DNA of 42,055 bases from a virus. Its lineage: Duplodnaviria > Caudoviricetes. The DNA lies in IMG/VR virus record IMGVR_UViG_3300020120_000284, positions 1 to 42,055 of that record; one strand, given 5' to 3'. Shown here piece after piece: positions 37,862-42,055 of this stretch (its first letter is position 1; each line of letters starts with the position of its first letter). The notes under the pieces were generated by a model that saw only the letters and a list, made by a program, of their open reading frames with translations, was not told where the DNA came from and searched no databases. The translations under genes and the position numbers were made by a program.

Positions 37862-38493
37862 CGAGTCGATGCCCTGGTTGCAGGGCTGCTCATCCTCACC
37901 AGTGTGCAGCTTGCAAGGCATACAAACGGGCTTGGGCAGCGGCTCACAAGAAACCATACGTCGCCACTGAAAAATCGAGGGCTCAACGCCACGCTTACTA
38001 TCTAGCCCATCGTCACGAATGGTCGGTAAGTTCTCCCGAGGTTCAGGCGAGAGCTAAAAAGAAGTACTACGAAACCCACAAAGCCACGGTGAAGGCTCGG
38101 TCCAAGGCTTGGAAGGCGGCCAACCCGGAGAGGGTGAAGACCTCATCGTGTAAGGGGATTCGCTCCTGGAGGGCGAGGAATCCCACCAAGGTGAAGGCTC
38201 AAAAGGCGGCCTGGAAACATCGTAGACGGGCAGCGGGTCCGCTGAAAACATCAACGGTCGCCGCTATCCTGCTGAATTCAAATGGATGCGTGTATTGCGG
38301 GAGTCCTGGGCCCCTGACGTTGGAGCATCTTTTGGCGACGACAAAGGGAGGAACTAACGAACCGGCGAACCTCAAGGCGGCCTGCGTATCGTGTAATTCT
38401 TCAAAACAGGACAAGCCGTGGAAGCTGTGGTTCCGGAAGCAGGCGTTCTACTCGGTCGAACGGGAACGCCAGATCGACGGACCCTGTCCTTAG
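37852..38493 (+). CDS. HNH endonuclease (McrA-like)
   Basis: CVYCG..TLEH..GGTNEPANLKAACVSCNSSK. Confidence 0.85.
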   Translation: MSLTSRCPGCRAAHPHQCAACKAYKRAWAAAHKKPYVATEKSRAQRHAYYLAHRHEWSVSSPEVQARAKKKYYETHKATVKARSKAWKAANPERVKTSSCKGIRSWRARNPTKVKAQKAAWKHRRRAAGPLKTSTVAAILLNSNGCVYCGSPGPLTLEHLLATTKGGTNEPANLKAACVSCNSSKQDKPWKLWFRKQAFYSVERERQIDGPCP

Positions 38494-38542
38494 CCGCTGG
38501 GGGGTCAGCGTGGCACCTTCACAGGGCTAAAGCGGAGGCCGC

Positions 38543-40189
38543 ATGGGTTCAGGGTTCAAGCGAGAGGTCATCAACCCGCGCGAGCGCGCGATCAGCACCG
38601 ACATCAACCGCGCGCAGGCGTTTGCCGCGTCGGATGCCGCGACGGTCGGGCGGCTCCGACAGCTCGCCAAGAGCTCGGTCGCCAGTTCCGGGGGGTTGGC
38701 CGCGCTGGACGCGACGACCGCCACGCCGTTGCTCGGTGAGGTCGAACACGGCCTGACGGTTCGGCCGCAGCTCGGTGGGGCCCTGACGCTCGTGGAACCG
38801 GGGGTCGCGTGGGTCATCAATCCCGACGGCACCCCCCAGGCCGACGATTCGCCCTGTAAGATGGTGAACGACCCGGGCGTCACGGACGGCACGACCCTGC
38901 TGCTGCCGGCCAACGCCTCGGGCAGCACGCTCATCGGGGTGGTGGAGTGCAGTCGGGTCGACACGGTGCTCGAGACGGACAACCGCGACATCTTCGATCC
39001 GGGCACCGGGTTGTTTGCGCCGGCCGTCGTCAACAAGGTGGTGGCGGCGCGCTTTCAGTACCGGATCCGCACGATGGCGTTGGCCGGTGGGTTCGCCGGT
39101 TCTGCCGGTTGGATGCCGTTGGCCATCTTCCTGCAGCCCAACGCCGTCAACGCGTGGGACACGATCGAAATGTGGGATGTCCGACCACTCGCGTCGGACC
39201 GCGCGGTACCGGAGGGAAGGATCTCGCGGGCCGATGTTTCGGGTGGCGGCGCCGACATCAACGCGAAGCCGTCGGTTCGTGACGTCTACATCAACGTCGA
39301 GAACATCGGTGGACCCGGGAACGTGATCGTCGGGACCTGTGAGGTCGTGGGGGCGAACGGTCGATACCTGGGAGGTCAGTTCCTTCAACAGGGCGGTTCC
39401 CAGTTGAACTACACGTGGGCCGAGCTCACGCCCACCGGCTACAGCTTCGGGGGCGCCACGGGCGTCGTCAATTACCTGTATTTGTGCACGCCCTACGGGC
39501 TGCCCCGGTGGTGTAAGTACGGGACCGCGGCGATCGGCACGGGACTTGGTGGACGAGCTCCCGGACGACTCAGAGGGTTACCGGTGGTGTCGACCACCAT
39601 GACGGCGGGCGGTTGGTACAGCAACGCCATCACGCCCGTCACGATGCCGTCGTCGTGGAACACGGCGCCCGTGTGTGTTCCGCTCGACACGGCGTGCGTG
39701 TGGACGTTCTTGTCGGCGCCGGGCCCGACCTTTCCGCTCGACATCACGACCGACGGGACCGTCACGTGGCAGAACCCCGCCGAGAACGTGGCGGTTGGTG
39801 ACGTCACGGGGGGCGGCGCCACCACCCAGTTGGTCAACTTCGACTTCGTCGGCAACACCCACTATCCCAACAACGCGCGGGCCATCTGGGTGCAGGTGGA
39901 CGTGGAGTACGGGATCAACGTCCCGTCACCCGGGACCGCCGTGGTCGAGGCGTTTTCTCTACAGCCGGGGACCAACCGACCGGTCGCCAAGGTGTTGAGT
40001 CAGGCGCACCAGATTCTGGCGGGCGGGATCTTCGTGCGGCACGACTTGTTCCGCGTGCCGGTCGACCCAAAGACCGGCAACACCGGCACCTTCACCACGC
40101 GGGTGGAGTACGACCACAACGGCGCGGCCTTCGCGTATGTGGCGGCCCCGACGATTGCGGTTGGCCGGGTGGTTGGCTGGGAGATCTGA
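38543..40189 (+). CDS. Putative tail fibre/receptor-binding protein
   Basis: GGAGG RBS; 548 aa after baseplate; ..WDVRP N-terminal anchor pattern. Confidence 0.55.
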   Translation: MGSGFKREVINPRERAISTDINRAQAFAASDAATVGRLRQLAKSSVASSGGLAALDATTATPLLGEVEHGLTVRPQLGGALTLVEPGVAWVINPDGTPQADDSPCKMVNDPGVTDGTTLLLPANASGSTLIGVVECSRVDTVLETDNRDIFDPGTGLFAPAVVNKVVAARFQYRIRTMALAGGFAGSAGWMPLAIFLQPNAVNAWDTIEMWDVRPLASDRAVPEGRISRADVSGGGADINAKPSVRDVYINVENIGGPGNVIVGTCEVVGANGRYLGGQFLQQGGSQLNYTWAELTPTGYSFGGATGVVNYLYLCTPYGLPRWCKYGTAAIGTGLGGRAPGRLRGLPVVSTTMTAGGWYSNAITPVTMPSSWNTAPVCVPLDTACVWTFLSAPGPTFPLDITTDGTVTWQNPAENVAVGDVTGGGATTQLVNFDFVGNTHYPNNARAIWVQVDVEYGINVPSPGTAVVEAFSLQPGTNRPVAKVLSQAHQILAGGIFVRHDLFRVPVDPKTGNTGTFTTRVEYDHNGAAFAYVAAPTIAVGRVVGWEI

Positions 40190-40218
40190 ACCAGTAGGCC
40201 GGGTGGTATCGTTGCGGG

Positions 40219-40653
40219 ATGAACTTTGACCGCGACAAACCAGACCGGTCGGTCCGGCTGCAGCACCCGGCGGCCGATGAGTCGTGGCCGCCCAAGCCGA
40301 TCGTCCGGCCGAGCTCCGATCCTCCGGCTCACCACGCCGTCGGCCCCCATCTCGAGTGGGGGACCCGGCGGCTCGACTGGATTTGGAAGATCCTGCTGGT
40401 GATCGCGACGTGCGTGGGGGCCGGGTGGGCCGGTCACGCCGCCATGACGGCGTGGTCGAGCTCGGTCGTGACGGTCGAGGCCAACAAGCCGACGCTCGAA
40501 CGCCTGAAGAAGCTCGAGGACGACCGTGATGCCGTCAAGCTCCAGCAGCACGACGAAGCGCGAGATCTCCTGCAGCTACGGAAGGACTTCGACGAATACC
40601 GGAATCTGCACCCCGACGTCATCCAGCCGAAGCCCAACCCGTTCCGTCGCTAG
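40219..40653 (+). CDS. Single-TM coiled-coil membrane protein
   Basis: WKILLVIATCVGAGWAG followed by coiled coil. Confidence 0.55.
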   Translation: MNFDRDKPDRSVRLQHPAADESWPPKPIVRPSSDPPAHHAVGPHLEWGTRRLDWIWKILLVIATCVGAGWAGHAAMTAWSSSVVTVEANKPTLERLKKLEDDRDAVKLQQHDEARDLLQLRKDFDEYRNLHPDVIQPKPNPFRR

Positions 40654-40937
40654 AGCTTGATCGTCAGGCGCGTGACCGAAAGCGTGAACGACGCCGATGT
40701 GATGCCGTCGCCGCTCACGGAGTGGGAGCCGTTGCCCTTGACGATCACGCCGTTGAATTCGCCGTAGCGGTCGGCCGGCGCGAGGGCCTCGATGATGGCG
40801 GCGGCTCGTTCGCGGATCGCCAGGATGTCGTAACCCTCTTGTTTGCCCTTGTAGTTGCTGGCCAAGTTGGCCAGCGTCTCGACCGTTGCCTTGGCGACGC
40901 CCTCTTTGGTCCCGACGTGTTCGAAGCTCCAGCTCAT
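40650..40937 (-). CDS. Hypothetical protein
   Basis: GGAGG RBS; MSWSFEHVGT. Confidence 0.6.
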   Translation of the reverse strand: MSWSFEHVGTKEGVAKATVETLANLASNYKGKQEGYDILAIRERAAAIIEALAPADRYGEFNGVIVKGNGSHSVSGDGITSASFTLSVTRLTIKL

Positions 40938-40963
40938 GATGGCCTCCGGGATGCCGATGGCGC

Positions 40964-41329
40964 CTAGTAACCGACGCCGTTCTTTTCGAGGACCCGGTCC
41001 ATCAAAGTCCGCGCAAGTGAAACGCCGTAGATGCTGCAAATCTTCATGCAGGAGCTGACGATGTCGGCCGACGCACAGACGATCGTTTTCACCCCATCGT
41101 CGTCCGGCACGGGTCCGAGGTTTGAGTGGTCGACCTCTTCGAGCACGCGCGCGATCTTGCCCAGTGCCTTGGTGATGTGGAGCACGCAGTGGTTGACCAG
41201 GAATGGAGACCGGAACGCGTTCACGTCGTGCCGTTGACGTTCGGCGTACTCGAGGACCCAAGGCTGGTTTTTCTGGGCGTAGTCGAATGTCAATTCTTCA
41301 GCGCTCACTCGGCGCGGACCGTCTTGCAT
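40964..41329 (-). CDS. MazG-like all-alpha NTP-pyrophosphatase-fold protein (degenerate)
   Basis: AGGAG RBS; HITKALGKIA..ADIV..YGVSL..EKN. Confidence 0.45.
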   Translation of the reverse strand: MQDGPRRVSAEELTFDYAQKNQPWVLEYAERQRHDVNAFRSPFLVNHCVLHITKALGKIARVLEEVDHSNLGPVPDDDGVKTIVCASADIVSSCMKICSIYGVSLARTLMDRVLEKNGVGY

Positions 41330-41540
41330 GTGGTTCTCCTGGGTTGTCGTAGGTGCCCGCGGCCCGGGTCTCCCGGGACTGAGTCGCGTTGTCGGCGTGC
41401 CTCTCGCTTGGGCTACCGCGGGCTGCCGTGGGATGGCGCGTTTGGTAGCGGCGCCGCGAATTGAACACGGAGAATCCGGGTTATGAGCCCGGGGTGGGAC
41501 CGTCCCTCACCGCTGTCCACACGATACCGCGGGGTTTGGG

Positions 41541-41560
41541 ACCGCGCATCGATGCGCGGT
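41541..41560. repeat. Palindrome copy 6 ACCGCGCATCGATGCGCGGT
   Basis: Perfect 20 bp; its last T begins TAGGAT, which ends 5 nt before ATG 41571. Confidence 0.95.
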
Positions 41561-41570
41561 AGGATCCAGC

Positions 41571-41840
41571 ATGCTGAACATGACCAACATCGAAAACTCG
41601 TCCCTGGCGGTCCCGGCGTGCATCGCGGCGGTCAAGGCGTTGCGCGACACCTTCCCCAAGATCGACGGCCTGCTGGTGCTGGCGGCGTCGTGTGCGGTGG
41701 GGGCGGGGCTTTCCTACCTGTTCACCGATGCCGAGTCCATCAAGCAGGTTGTCGGCCAAGGCCTGCTCTGGGGGTTCACGGGCAGCGGCTTCATGGTGGT
41801 GGCGGACCGCATCGCCGGCTCCACCCCGGCGGCCAAGTAA
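41571..41840 (+). CDS. Holin-like small membrane protein
   Basis: 89 aa, 2-3 hydrophobic segments. Confidence 0.5.
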   Translation: MLNMTNIENSSLAVPACIAAVKALRDTFPKIDGLLVLAASCAVGAGLSYLFTDAESIKQVVGQGLLWGFTGSGFMVVADRIAGSTPAAK

Positions 41841-41844
41841 AGCC

Positions 41845-42055
41845 GTGCTGAAGATCCGGGTGTTGTTCGTGAAGGCCCCGGGGCATCCCCCAACGGTCGT
41901 GAGAGACGCGAGGGTTCCGGCCACCGGGTTCATCGAGCTCGCGGTGTTGCCGGCGGTCCGCCAGATCCTCCACCCCATCACAAGCGTCGGGGGTGAGCTT
42001 TGGGAAGTGCAGGGCTCGTGGGTGTCGCCGATCCCGGGCGTCGACTTCGACGTCA
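41845..42055 (+). CDS. Hypothetical protein (partial, runs off window)
   Basis: GTG 41845, frame open to window end. Confidence 0.45.
   Translation, partial: MLKIRVLFVKAPGHPPTVVRDARVPATGFIELAVLPAVRQILHPITSVGGELWEVQGSWVSPIPGVDFDV

Noticed and set aside
11567-38493. Endonucleases as group I intron or intein cargo
   Set aside because: Flanking genes are complete ORFs, spacers are too short for a ribozyme core, and no intein splice motifs were seen
20162-40189. Headless contractile injection system/tailocin
   Set aside because: Portal, scaffold and capsid genes are present in the same block
38543-40189. Diversity-generating retroelement target in the fibre gene
   Set aside because: No reverse transcriptase or template/variable repeat pair was seen in the window
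2880-41560. Palindromic repeat as a CRISPR array
   Set aside because: Copies are kilobases apart with no regular spacers and no cas genes

Overview
High-GC tailed-phage (or prophage) morphogenesis region with a contractile, myovirus-type tail. The + strand carries virion accessory genes, portal, Mu-gpF-like minor head protein, scaffold, major capsid, neck genes, sheath, tube, a frameshifted tail chaperone, tape measure, LysM tail protein, baseplate hub/spike/wedge/J, a putative fibre and a holin-like gene. No terminase was recognised. All protein calls come from motifs and gene order read by eye, not from searches. Three patterns stand out. (1) Nine free-standing His-Me (HNH/EndoVII) endonuclease genes from four subfamilies sit at gene boundaries. 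Several appear to have inserted inside the first or last codons of a neighbouring gene, supplied a recoded replacement terminus, and left the old terminus as a relic on the far side (DGPCP*/DGPCP*, VAGQS*/VSGQS*, MAERE/MPEKE). (2) At least 15 starts have a YANNNT -10-like hexamer 5-7 nt upstream, suggesting gene-by-gene leaderless transcription, including 15-16 bp bidirectional spacers beside antisense HNH genes. (3) A perfect palindrome (A)CCGCGCATCGATGCGCGG(T) occurs six times, always between genes.
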